Below are positions 18,102 to 27,914 of a stretch of 52,314 bases of DNA, one piece after another. A program made the position numbers and the translations under genes. How positions within the stretch are numbered: the first letter of the stretch is position 1; each line of letters opens with the position of its first letter. This DNA comes from a virus. The stretch lies in the UHGV virus genome UHGV-2012089. One strand, 5' to 3'. Below the pieces are notes generated by a model. The model was not told the origin of the DNA. It ran no database searches and worked only from the letters and a program-made list of their open reading frames with translations.

Positions 18102-21100
18102 ATGGCGGTTAATATGGGAACTGCTGTGGCATATTTGGAACTTGATTCAAGTAAGTTTCAAAAAGGGTTTAAATCCGCTTATAACGACCTAAAAGTTTTT
18201 GGGGATAAATCAGCCACAGCAGAACAAAAGTTTAAAGGACTTTCAAGTGCCTTTGCTACAGTTGGAAGTACAATGTCAAGAAGTGTAACATTGCCACTTG
18301 CAGGAGTAGGAGCGGTGGCACTTAAAACAGCAACGGATTTTGAAGCAGGTATGTCAGAGGTTAAGGCGATTTCCGGTGCAACTGCAACAGAATTTGACGC
18401 ATTGAGAGACAAAGCAATAGAAATGGGTGCTAAAACAAAGTTTTCTGCAAGTGATTCAGCGGCGGCATTTAAGTACATGGCAATGGCAGGGTGGGATGCT
18501 TCTGCTATGATGGATGGTATTGCAGGAATCATGGATTTAGCGGCGGCTTCCGGGGAAGATTTGGCAACTACGTCTGATATTGTTACAGACGCATTAACAG
18601 CGTTTGGGCTACAGGCAAGTGATTCAGCACATTTCGCTGATGTTCTTGCACAGGCAAGTTCTAAGTCAAACACAAATGTTGGTTTGATGGGAGAAACATT
18701 TAAGTATGTTGCGCCAGTTGCAGGTGCACTGGGTTATAGTATAGAGGACACAGCGGTTGCAATCGGATTGATGGCAAACTCCGGAATCAAGGCAAGTCAG
18801 GCAGGTACAGCTCTTAGAAGCGCCTTCACCCGAATGGCAAAACCGACCAAGGAAGTTTATGTAGCAATGGATGCTCTTGGAATATCGCTAACAAATAGTG
18901 ATGGATCCATGAAGTCTCTGAATGAGATTATGGTTGACTTGCGAAAAGGATTTGCAGGACTTACAGAAGAACAAAAAGCTCAGTATGCGGCTATGTTGGC
19001 AGGACAAGAAGGCATGTCTGGATTGTTGGCAATAGTAAATGCGTCTGATGTGGATTTTCAGAAACTAACAGACGAGATTAACAACGCCAATGGTGCGGCA
19101 CAAGACATGGCTGAGATAATGATGGATAACACAAAGGGAGCAGTGGAACAATTAAAAGGTGCATTAGAATCAGCAGGAATTATCATAGGAGAAAAACTTA
19201 CTCCATATATCAGACAGTTAGCAGAGTGGATAACAGGACTTGTGGAGAAGTTTAATAAATTGTCAGAAGAACAACAGAATTTTATTGTAAAAGTAGGTCT
19301 TGTAATTGCCGCAATCGGTCCAGTTTTGCTTATTTTGTCAAAAGTTGCAAGTACAATAGGCACTATAATTACAGCTGTTAAAACAGCAAGTGGAGTTATT
19401 GGAAGTGTAACAAAAACAATACAGCTTCTTAGTATGGGGCAATCAGAACTGATAGCAAGCATGGGCGGAATACCAAGTGTTATAACAAAAATTGCAACAA
19501 CCTTTAGTTCGGTAATAGCACCCGTTTTAGGAGTTGTTGCGGTAATTGGAACATTGGTTGCAATGTTTGTTACGCTATGGAAAACAAATGAAGAGTTTAG
19601 AAATAACATAACAAATACATTCAATGAATTAAAGAAAGTGTTTTCAGATTTTGCGAATGAATTTGTAAGTAAGATAAATGAGTTAGGTTTTAACTTTGAA
19701 AGCATAACAGATGTGATTAAAACAGCATGGGAGACATTGTGTGATATATTTGCACCAGTATTTGAGGGTGCTTTTTCTACAGTTGTAGATATTATACAGT
19801 TTGTTTTAAGCAACATTTTAAGTATAATGGATATATTCATTGGAATATTTACAGGAGATTTTGAACAAGTTGCAGATGGCATAAAAGGATTGTTTGACAA
19901 CGTAGTAGAAACGTTCACAAGTATTGGGAGCACAATTTTAAGCACTATAGGAGATATAGGAGCGAAGATATTAGAGAAGTTTGGACTTGATGAAGCGGCG
20001 CAAAAGTTTCAAGAGTTCTTTGATAAAGTGTCTGATATTTTCAGCAGACTTCCAGAGATTATTTTGGGAGCGTTTGATAGTGTTAAAACATTCTTTACAG
20101 AAACAATTCCTGAGGTATTTAATAATGCAGTTGAAACAATACGAGGTTTTGTTGATAATGTGATTAGCTTTTTTACAGAAACAATACCGAATGCATTTAA
20201 TACTTTTGTGAATGAAACAATACCAAACACAATAAATGCGATTGTAACATGGTTCAGTGAATTACCTTATAAGATTGGTTATGTAATCGGTGAAATGTTA
20301 GGACATATATATTTGTTTGGTCAATCTTGTATTGAATGGGCAACAACTGAATTGCCAGTGATAATTGAAAATATTGTAACATGGTTCGCAACATTACCAA
20401 GCAGAATATGGACATGGTTACTTGATACAATAAATAAAGTTATTGAGTTTGGAACAAACTTAGTTGAGACTGGTGTTCAAGCCGCAACAAACTTTGTAAC
20501 AAATGTCGTAACATGGATATCAACATTACCTAGCAGAATATATCAATGGCTATCACAAACTATAAGTAGAGTAATATCATGGGGTTCACAGCTTGTACAG
20601 AGCGGAGTTCAAACAGCAACAAACTTTGTTTCAAGATTTATTTCATTCTTGCAACAACTACCAAGTAAAGTATGGAGTATAGTATCGCAAATACCTAGTA
20701 AGATATTAGCAATAGGAGGTCAGATGTACAGTGCTGGTAGAAATATTTTGTCGCAGTTGTGGAATGGATTAAAGAGTATAGGAGAAAGCATACTCGGTTG
20801 GGTAAGTGATTTTGCAAGTAAGATAGGAAGTTTTGTAAGTGGAATAATTAGCGGATTTAAGAATGTTGTAAGTGGTGCGAATGAGGCAAAGTCAGCCGCT
20901 AAGAGTGTAAATGGCAAACATGCAAATGGTTTGGATTATGTACCGTTTAACGGATATGTAGCAGAGTTGCATAAAGGTGAAAGGGTATTGACAAAACAGG
21001 AGAATGAAGAGTATAATAACAGTAGAGGTAAAAATAGTAGTGGAGACACATTTAATTTCTACAATACAAAACCAAACGCATATGAGTATGCAAGGCAGAT

Positions 21101-21137
21101 GAAAAAAGCAAAAAGGGAGTTACTGTTAGGATTTTAA
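18102..21137 (+). CDS. tape measure protein
   Basis: 1011 aa, Ala/Gly-rich N-terminus, hydrophobic central segments, internal repeats (FTETIP, VTWxxxLPSRI). Confidence 0.85.
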   Translation: MAVNMGTAVAYLELDSSKFQKGFKSAYNDLKVFGDKSATAEQKFKGLSSAFATVGSTMSRSVTLPLAGVGAVALKTATDFEAGMSEVKAISGATATEFDALRDKAIEMGAKTKFSASDSAAAFKYMAMAGWDASAMMDGIAGIMDLAAASGEDLATTSDIVTDALTAFGLQASDSAHFADVLAQASSKSNTNVGLMGETFKYVAPVAGALGYSIEDTAVAIGLMANSGIKASQAGTALRSAFTRMAKPTKEVYVAMDALGISLTNSDGSMKSLNEIMVDLRKGFAGLTEEQKAQYAAMLAGQEGMSGLLAIVNASDVDFQKLTDEINNANGAAQDMAEIMMDNTKGAVEQLKGALESAGIIIGEKLTPYIRQLAEWITGLVEKFNKLSEEQQNFIVKVGLVIAAIGPVLLILSKVASTIGTIITAVKTASGVIGSVTKTIQLLSMGQSELIASMGGIPSVITKIATTFSSVIAPVLGVVAVIGTLVAMFVTLWKTNEEFRNNITNTFNELKKVFSDFANEFVSKINELGFNFESITDVIKTAWETLCDIFAPVFEGAFSTVVDIIQFVLSNILSIMDIFIGIFTGDFEQVADGIKGLFDNVVETFTSIGSTILSTIGDIGAKILEKFGLDEAAQKFQEFFDKVSDIFSRLPEIILGAFDSVKTFFTETIPEVFNNAVETIRGFVDNVISFFTETIPNAFNTFVNETIPNTINAIVTWFSELPYKIGYVIGEMLGHIYLFGQSCIEWATTELPVIIENIVTWFATLPSRIWTWLLDTINKVIEFGTNLVETGVQAATNFVTNVVTWISTLPSRIYQWLSQTISRVISWGSQLVQSGVQTATNFVSRFISFLQQLPSKVWSIVSQIPSKILAIGGQMYSAGRNILSQLWNGLKSIGESILGWVSDFASKIGSFVSGIISGFKNVVSGANEAKSAAKSVNGKHANGLDYVPFNGYVAELHKGERVLTKQENEEYNNSRGKNSSGDTFNFYNTKPNAYEYARQMKKAKRELLLGF

Positions 21138-21153
21138 AAAGGTGGTGAAAACA

Positions 21154-22086
21154 ATGGTCAAAAAAGTTACACTAACAAATAGCGTAACAAAAGACAGTAT
21201 TGTTATTGATTCAAAAGATGGTTATTATATCATTGATGAAATTGACTGGGATACACCTAGCGTAGAAATGTCAGCATATAGAGTGCCTTATCAAATAGGG
21301 CAGTCTTATGCTGGTTTGACAGTTGGAACAAGAAAACCAACTATAACAGGCTATGTTGTTGCTAAGGATGTAGAACAGGCAAACACATGGGAACAATACT
21401 GGGAGAACTGTGAAACAGCGGTACAAGACAAAAAGGAAGAACTTGATAGAATGATTTCTATATACCAAGAAATTGTAATTGAAGCAAATGGATTTTACTT
21501 AGATGCAAGACCAACAGCACCACCAAAATATTCTAAAACATATAAAGAGAACAATGAGGTTTTATGCAAGTTTATTTTGGAGTTTGAATGCTTCAATCCA
21601 ATGTTTTATAAGGAAACAAAAACAATTAATTTTTCTGTTCTTGAGAACAAGTTTAAATTTCCACTAACGATTCCTAAAATAAAAGGAATAACAATGGGGA
21701 TAGAACATAGTAAGAAAATTGTATTGATTGAAAACAATGGTGATGTTCCAGTTGGTTGTATTATACGAATGAAAGCAATTAGTGATTTCCTAATAACACA
21801 GCAAGTAAATAGTATAGCAGAAGATGCAAAAATTATATTTTCTTCTCTGAGTATGTCGGCTGGTGATGAAATTGTTATAAATACTAACATAGGAGAAGAA
21901 AGTGTTAAATTACATACACAAAGCGGTGACGAAGCTTCTATTGTTGGGAATATGGAAGTTGGTTATAAGCTGTTTAAAATACTCATGGGTAAGAATTATT
22001 ATTCATACGAAACACAACCAAGTGACGGTGTTATGGATGTTAGTTTTGAGTATAGGGAGCAATATTTCAATATAAGGGGGATGTGA
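21154..22086 (+). CDS. distal tail protein (Dit)
   Basis: position right after the tape measure gene; start moved to ATG 21154. Confidence 0.5.
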   Translation: MVKKVTLTNSVTKDSIVIDSKDGYYIIDEIDWDTPSVEMSAYRVPYQIGQSYAGLTVGTRKPTITGYVVAKDVEQANTWEQYWENCETAVQDKKEELDRMISIYQEIVIEANGFYLDARPTAPPKYSKTYKENNEVLCKFILEFECFNPMFYKETKTINFSVLENKFKFPLTIPKIKGITMGIEHSKKIVLIENNGDVPVGCIIRMKAISDFLITQQVNSIAEDAKIIFSSLSMSAGDEIVINTNIGEESVKLHTQSGDEASIVGNMEVGYKLFKILMGKNYYSYETQPSDGVMDVSFEYREQYFNIRGM

Positions 22087-22090
22087 TTAT

Positions 22091-23557
22091 ATGATAATGA
22101 TTTTAGATGATACAATGCGTATAGTTGACGTTATCATAAAGTATGAATATTCACAGTATGAGTTTAAGGCAAGAGAAATTGGAACATTTACAATTAATGC
22201 AATGCTAGACAAAGAGAACTTATATTTGATGAACAAAACAAAGAATTATTATGTTTTATTAGATGATGATGTTTTTGGTGTTATTGAGTCAGTAAAACGT
22301 GAAAGTGATAGTGAGACAAGCAGAGTGTTTACTATAAAAGGTAGCCTCGCATTAAAATTGTTAGAATATAGAGTTATTAAAGGACAAGCGATATTTAAAG
22401 GAAAAAGCTATAAATATATTGAAGAGTTGGTAAAACAAAACCTTATAATGTCAGATGACCAGAATAGAAATGTTGCGCTTGCTGTTGAATTTGAAGATGA
22501 AGAAAGATTAAAACAAATATGTAGTACAGTAGATAAACAGGTGACAGGCGGTTCATTATGGGATGAAATAAGTGAAGTCGTGGAAACTGATAAATTAAAA
22601 ATCATATTAAGACCGAATGTTGTAGCTATTAATGTGGAACACCCACAGAACATTGATGGATGGACATTAATAATTGGAGCTGGTGAAGATAGGACAATAC
22701 ACAGAGCGAACAATGCGGTTAGTGCTGTTATGTTCTCTCAATCTTTAAGTAATATAGCAAATACAGATTATATAGTCGATAGAAGTAAGCTGAAAAATAC
22801 AGTATATATTGCAGGAGAGGGAGAGGGAACAGATAGAAAGTGGTATAATATAGACGTTAATTCAGATGTTACTTTTGGAGAGCGTAAAGGGTGGAACAGG
22901 AAAGAACTATGGGTTGATGCAAGAGACATTCAAAGCGAACAAGACAGTAAAAAAATAACTGATGCAGAGTATGAAGAGCTTATGAAACAAAGGGCAGATG
23001 AAAAAGCCAAAGACAATGATTTGAGTGAAGAGTACACAGCGACAGTTACAGATATAACAAAACAATATACATATAAAAAAGATTATAACATAGGAGATTT
23101 TGTTACAATCGCAGATGAAGAACTTGGAATGGAATTTGATGCACAGATTACAAATGTAATAGTGACAAGGCAAGATGATAGAGAAATCATAGACTTAGAG
23201 TTCACATATGGCTTAAGAATCAAAGATATTATAGAAGAGTCAGAAACAGCAATAAAAAAGATAGAGGAAAATAATGTTAATGTTAAATACATTGAAACAA
23301 GCACAAAGAAGTTGGAAAATTTGAAAGCAGATGCTCTTGCAAAAAATATAGATAATCTTCCACAAGACAATAAATCGTTTTTTGTTCATGCGAAGAGTAA
23401 TGTTCCATTTTCAAGCGGTTTGACGATACCAACATATTCAAAAGGAGTGTTTGTAACAAATGGAGGAAAAGATGGTGTGATAATGATGATAGATGTTTCA
23501 AATAATTTGTACATTGGTTTTAGGAATGGTGGCACATGGAGTGGAAGAAAGATATAA
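22091..23557 (+). CDS. tail-associated / baseplate hub protein (Tal-like)
   Basis: 488 aa following Dit. Confidence 0.5.
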   Translation: MIMILDDTMRIVDVIIKYEYSQYEFKAREIGTFTINAMLDKENLYLMNKTKNYYVLLDDDVFGVIESVKRESDSETSRVFTIKGSLALKLLEYRVIKGQAIFKGKSYKYIEELVKQNLIMSDDQNRNVALAVEFEDEERLKQICSTVDKQVTGGSLWDEISEVVETDKLKIILRPNVVAINVEHPQNIDGWTLIIGAGEDRTIHRANNAVSAVMFSQSLSNIANTDYIVDRSKLKNTVYIAGEGEGTDRKWYNIDVNSDVTFGERKGWNRKELWVDARDIQSEQDSKKITDAEYEELMKQRADEKAKDNDLSEEYTATVTDITKQYTYKKDYNIGDFVTIADEELGMEFDAQITNVIVTRQDDREIIDLEFTYGLRIKDIIEESETAIKKIEENNVNVKYIETSTKKLENLKADALAKNIDNLPQDNKSFFVHAKSNVPFSSGLTIPTYSKGVFVTNGGKDGVIMMIDVSNNLYIGFRNGGTWSGRKI

Positions 23558-23581
23558 AATAATTGAAAGGAGTGATTTGAT

Positions 23582-24292
23582 ATGTCAGAAAGGTATGGTT
23601 TTTTTAATGCGGTTGAAACAAGTAGCGGTGTTTATGACAGGACATATAATGCAGAAGATTTTGCAAGCTATTTTTCAAAGTTTATCGGTAATGGCGTTTT
23701 TGTAAACCCTACAGATGGGTTGAAAGTGTCAATTCATAGCGGATTGAAAGTAACAGTAAAAGCAGGAAGTGCCTATATAGATGGATATTATTATGAATTA
23801 ACAGAAAATAAAACATTAACAATACCGGTTAATAGTGCATCATATGTTCAACAAGATTCAGTTGTCGTAAGACTTGATAAAGTGAATAGAAAAATGTCGC
23901 TTGAGTTAAAACAGAACAATGCAAGTGTTTCAAGAACATCAACAGTTAAGGAACTGCAATTAGCAACAATAAGAAAGCCTGTTGGTGCTGCAAACTTAAG
24001 TGCATCAGACGTAACGGATATGCGACCATATAATGAAGTGTGTGGGTTCGTAACAGGGGTTGTTCAGCAGATAAGTACATCTGATTTATTTTCACAATTT
24101 ACATCAATGTTCAATGAATGGTTTAATGGAATTAAAGGACAGCTTAGCGGAGATGTGGCAACAAGTTTACAAAATCAAATTAATGAGATTAGTAAAAAGA
24201 TAGATGCAATGCCAACAATCAGACAAGGAACATCAGAACCTAGTGATTCAACAGGAAAAGACGGAGATATCTATATCCGTATTACTGGTTAG
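23582..24292 (+). CDS. tail fiber / upper baseplate protein (BppU-like N-terminus)
   Basis: N-terminal YGFFNAV...DRTYNAEDFA motif. Confidence 0.5.
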   Translation: MSERYGFFNAVETSSGVYDRTYNAEDFASYFSKFIGNGVFVNPTDGLKVSIHSGLKVTVKAGSAYIDGYYYELTENKTLTIPVNSASYVQQDSVVVRLDKVNRKMSLELKQNNASVSRTSTVKELQLATIRKPVGAANLSASDVTDMRPYNEVCGFVTGVVQQISTSDLFSQFTSMFNEWFNGIKGQLSGDVATSLQNQINEISKKIDAMPTIRQGTSEPSDSTGKDGDIYIRITG

Positions 24293-24304
24293 GAGGTGTG
24301 ATAT

Positions 24305-25300
24305 ATGTCAGCACCAAGCGGTACACAATGGAGCTCCGTTTCAACAGGAACAAAATATCAAGGTTGTATTGGTTTATATGTTGATTCTTCTAACAGCAAA
24401 ACCCAAAAGGAAGTAACAGTGCAAATATGGTATTGGTCACAATATTCTTGCCAAGATAGTTCTAATACATTTTATTTTGACTGGGACAGTTCAGCAAGTT
24501 CAAGTATTGGAAGTAGAAATATTAACACAAGTTCTGGACATAGTTGGGATACAGCAAACCAAATCTTAATTGGAACATACAGCAAAACATACGACAGATA
24601 CACATCTAGTTATATTGGTACATGCTCTGCTAGGTTTACTGGAATCGAATATGGTGGAGGAAATTCATACACAGCAAATGTAAACTTTACAATTCCGGCA
24701 GTAGATAGATACACAATTACTTATTATGGAAATGGTGGTCTGTGGAATCAAAAGGACAGATGGTCAGAACAAGTTTATTATGGTTCTAGTTATGTTACAC
24801 AAAAAAACTTTTTTACAAGAAATGGTTATGTGTTTAAAGGTTGGAGAGAAAGTGATGGAACGGACTGGACTCCTTACATTGGAAAGCCATGGACATGGTC
24901 GTATGAAAGAAATGTAGATTTATATGCAGTATGGGAGAGAATAAGTTGTGCAATCAAATTTGATGCTAGTTCAAATGGAGGAACTGTTAATGGTTCTGAT
25001 TCGATTGTACGAACCGTATATTATGGAGACAGGTTAGGAGAACTACCAACAGCAAAAAGGCTGAACTATGAATTTTTAGGTTGGAATACAAATCAAAATG
25101 GAAGTGGTTTTTATGTTCAAGAAACATACATTGCAAATGCAAACATAACATTATATGCAATATTCAAGTTACAAGCTAATTGTTATACAAAACAAAGTAG
25201 CAAATACAAAACCGGTATGATGTATAGAAAAGATGGAAAATACAGTACAGGAATTGTAAAAGTAAAAGTAAATGGAAAATACAAAGATGCAACAATTTAA
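24305..25300 (+). CDS. receptor-binding protein with Listeria-Bacteroides (Flg_new) type repeats
   Basis: repeated TITYYGNGG...G(Y/F)VFKGW and YEFLGWNT segments. Confidence 0.5.
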   Translation: MSAPSGTQWSSVSTGTKYQGCIGLYVDSSNSKTQKEVTVQIWYWSQYSCQDSSNTFYFDWDSSASSSIGSRNINTSSGHSWDTANQILIGTYSKTYDRYTSSYIGTCSARFTGIEYGGGNSYTANVNFTIPAVDRYTITYYGNGGLWNQKDRWSEQVYYGSSYVTQKNFFTRNGYVFKGWRESDGTDWTPYIGKPWTWSYERNVDLYAVWERISCAIKFDASSNGGTVNGSDSIVRTVYYGDRLGELPTAKRLNYEFLGWNTNQNGSGFYVQETYIANANITLYAIFKLQANCYTKQSSKYKTGMMYRKDGKYSTGIVKVKVNGKYKDATI

Positions 25301-25336
25301 GGAAGTGAAACAAACACGGAAGAATTTAGCGAAGTT

Positions 25337-25600
25337 TTGTTAGACGTGCAAAAAGAGTATAAACGCTCTAACAAACTAAAAGATATTATAATTATCATTC
25401 TAATTGTTTTAATGTTTTTGCAATCAGCATTTAGTTTTGGTTGTTTTGTTTGGTATGAATCACAATTTGATTATGTGACAACAAATGGAAAAGATGTTGA
25501 TGTCGAAACAAGTGGAGATAATGCAAATGCAGAATACAACGATGTAAGCGGAAATCAATATAATGATAATGCGGTTCACAACCAAGGTGGTGAGAATTAA
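25337..25600 (+). CDS. small membrane protein (one TM helix)
   Basis: IIIIILIVLMFL hydrophobic core; start uncertain (TTG or GTG). Confidence 0.35.
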   Translation: MLDVQKEYKRSNKLKDIIIIILIVLMFLQSAFSFGCFVWYESQFDYVTTNGKDVDVETSGDNANAEYNDVSGNQYNDNAVHNQGGEN

Positions 25601-25601
25601 G

Positions 25602-25739
25602 AATGGCGAAAGCAAGAATACACGTAACTAAAACAGCTAAAACTGTTAAGATTGCAAAAAATAGAAATAAACAAGGCGGAAATCATAAGAGGTGTCCGGT
25701 ATGTGGTAAGTTCATGGGAAGTGGTAAGCATGGATAAAA
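25602..25739 (+). CDS. small basic zinc-ribbon protein (45 aa)
   Basis: MAKARIHVTKTAK...CPVCGKFMGSGKH; below the ORF-track cutoff. Confidence 0.3.
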
Positions 25740-25963
25740 AGAACGCAGAAACTCGGACGAAATTAAAGGACATAAGTTCTGTAAAAGAGTTCGGTGATTT
25801 GATGGAGCAAACAATGTTAAGTGAGGAAGAAAAGCAGATTTTATGGATGCATTATAAGGAGAAGAAAACTTTACAATGTATACCGGATGAAATTGGCTTA
25901 TCAGAAATTGCAGTTAAAAAGAAACATAGAAAGATGCTTATGAAAATAGGTAGAATGATTTGA
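25728..25963 (+). CDS. sigma-70 region 4-like HTH protein, putative late transcription regulator
   Basis: LSEEEKQILWMHYKEKKTLQCIPDEIGLSEIAVKKKHRKMLMKI resembles region 4 or LuxR HTH; likely starts at ATG 25728. Confidence 0.35.
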
Positions 25964-25964
25964 T

Positions 25965-25988
25965 GGAGTGCGAAAGCACTCCTTTTTT
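25965..25988 (+). terminator. Rho-independent terminator
   Basis: ggagtgc-gaaa-gcactcc then tttttt. Confidence 0.7.
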
Positions 25989-26086
25989 ATTGCACATATT
26001 CTTTAAGGTTATTCCCGGTATACTTTGTTTATATTTCAAAACATTAAAAGTGTGATATATTAAAAGCATGAAAGGAGTGGTGATTG

Positions 26087-26518
26087 ATGTACAATTATAC
26101 AGGGTATGGAATGAATCCATATCAGCAACAATTAACACAAAATAGAATTGCACAGATGGAACAGCAATATAATTACCAACAACCATATATGCAGAATCAA
26201 AGTCAAACACAGATGCTAAAAGGTAGACCAGTTTCAAGCTATGATGAAGCGAAAGCAAGCATGATTGACTTAGATGGTAGTTTATTTGTTTTTACAGATA
26301 TTGCAAATGGTTGTATTTACACAAAGCAAATATTGTTAGATGGTTCAGCAGAACTTAAAACATATATATTAAAACCAACAGAAAATAAAGTAAATGTTGA
26401 ATATGTATCTAAACAGCAGTTTGAAAATGTTGTAAGTGAATTGAAACAAAGAATAAAAGAACTCAAGGAGGGTGTGGCTTATGTTTCAGAAGTTGAGCAA
26501 ACAAATGATGCAGAATAA
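26087..26518 (+). CDS. protein with N-terminal Q/N/Y-rich prion-like low-complexity domain
   Basis: YNYTGYGMNPYQQQLTQNR...QQYNYQQPYMQNQSQTQ followed by a globular C-terminus. Confidence 0.5.
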   Translation: MYNYTGYGMNPYQQQLTQNRIAQMEQQYNYQQPYMQNQSQTQMLKGRPVSSYDEAKASMIDLDGSLFVFTDIANGCIYTKQILLDGSAELKTYILKPTENKVNVEYVSKQQFENVVSELKQRIKELKEGVAYVSEVEQTNDAE

Positions 26519-26669
26519 TCCGCTTTTTAAAAGAGCAGAAGAAATGGCACAAGGTAAATCAGAACAAGAACTTGAGCAAGTAGCTAGAAACTTATGTAAG
26601 CAAAGAGGAATAGACATAGAACAGGCTTATAAACAGTTTCAAGCATTTATGGGTGGTATGAGCCGCTAA
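26472..26669 (+). CDS. hypothetical small protein
   Basis: 65 aa ORF overlapping the upstream gene end. Confidence 0.35.
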   Translation: MWLMFQKLSKQMMQNNPLFKRAEEMAQGKSEQELEQVARNLCKQRGIDIEQAYKQFQAFMGGMSR

Positions 26670-26719
26670 AGTGTACATATAGCGGTTTGTATAAATATTA
26701 TTAAATGGAGGTAACAATT

Positions 26720-27412
26720 ATGGGAATGGATGGAAATGGATTGAGTGTAGCTGATGCATTGGCACTCGGTAAAGAAAACAATGGAATGTTCGGTGACGGT
26801 AATGGAAGTTGGATTTTTTTCTTATTTTTCTTACTCGCATGGAACGGTAACTTTGGAAACTGGGGTGGAAATGGTATGAATAGTACAGCAAGCGCATATA
26901 CAGATAGTGCAATTCAAAGAGGCTTTGACAACCAAGCAGTAATGAACAAGCTGAATGGTTTGGAGAATGGAATTTGTGATGGATTCTATGCAGTTAATAC
27001 TTCGCTTCTGAATGGTTTTAACGGAACACAGCAAGCAATTAACAATGTAGCAGTAGCCGGAATGCAGAACACAAATGCACTTGCTTCACAGCTTGCAGAT
27101 TGCTGTTGCACAACGCAGAGAAGCATTGACTCTGTAAGATATGAGAATGCAAAAAACACTTGTGATATTGTGAACGCTATTAAAGCAGATGGTGATGCAA
27201 CAAGAGCATTAATGACACAGAATGAAATTCAGAGCTTACGTGACCAGTTGCAGACAGCTAATTTCCAGCTGAGTCAGCAAGCACAGAACGCAACACTGAT
27301 TTCAACATTAAGACCAACACCGATTCCGGCATATCAGACATGCAGTCCATATGAAAGCGCACAAATGTTTTCACATTTTGGAACAGCTTGCAATAATGCA
27401 TGTGGATGCTAA
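26720..27412 (+). CDS. Gly/Asn-rich membrane-anchored protein with Cys cluster
   Basis: TM WIFFLFFLLAW, GNGNFGNWGGNG, CCC and C-terminal CNNACGC. Confidence 0.45.
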   Translation: MGMDGNGLSVADALALGKENNGMFGDGNGSWIFFLFFLLAWNGNFGNWGGNGMNSTASAYTDSAIQRGFDNQAVMNKLNGLENGICDGFYAVNTSLLNGFNGTQQAINNVAVAGMQNTNALASQLADCCCTTQRSIDSVRYENAKNTCDIVNAIKADGDATRALMTQNEIQSLRDQLQTANFQLSQQAQNATLISTLRPTPIPAYQTCSPYESAQMFSHFGTACNNACGC

Positions 27413-27466
27413 AGGTGTTTATTTGATGATTTAAGAGAGTTTCCGCTTATGCGTGATATATTTGTA

Positions 27467-27487
27467 GGGGCGGCATAAAAACCGCCC
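27467..27487 (+). terminator. terminator-like hairpin
   Basis: ggggcggc-ataaaaa-ccgccc; weak T tract. Confidence 0.45.
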
Positions 27488-27526
27488 TATTCGTTTAATT
27501 AAAAGGGTTAGAAAGGGTGATATAAA

Positions 27527-27901
27527 ATGGCATGTAGTTTATATAATAATAATGGATATGGATGCGGTGGATGTGTACATTTTGTTAAAACAGTAAGCGT
27601 AACAGTACAAGATGGTGTTTTGATTTTGAACATACCACAGGCAAGTTATAGCAACAAAGAAAGAGTATGTATTTGCATTGCACAGGCAATTCCAACAGTA
27701 ACAAGTGCAGAAACGGTAGCTATAACAATCGGAGCAGGAACAACACAATATGTACTTAGAACAAAGTGCGGAAATAATGTTCATGCAGACCAGTTAAGAA
27801 GTAGAAAAGTGTACCACACAAATGTTGCAACAGATGTTGGCACTTTCATGGTTAGTAACTGTGAGTTATGCGGAACAAGCTATAATTTTCCAGTAATATA
27901 A
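27527..27901 (+). CDS. Cys-rich hypothetical protein
   Basis: YGCGGC, CICIAQ, CELCG. Confidence 0.4.
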   Translation: MACSLYNNNGYGCGGCVHFVKTVSVTVQDGVLILNIPQASYSNKERVCICIAQAIPTVTSAETVAITIGAGTTQYVLRTKCGNNVHADQLRSRKVYHTNVATDVGTFMVSNCELCGTSYNFPVI

Positions 27902-27914
27902 GGAGGGCAAAAAA

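Noticed and set aside
18102-21137. Repeated nucleotide and peptide motifs inside the tape measure gene that could look like a repeat array or CRISPR
   Set aside because: Repeats are imperfect, in-frame and coding (FTETIP, VTWxxxLPSRI). There are no uniform spacers. This is a normal tape measure internal duplication.
25602-25739. 45-aa basic zinc-ribbon ORF, considered as a ribosomal protein (L32/L33-like) homolog
   Set aside because: No convincing match to bL32, bL33, bL36 or eukaryotic zinc-ribbon ribosomal protein signatures could be made from memory. It is kept only as a small zinc-ribbon protein.
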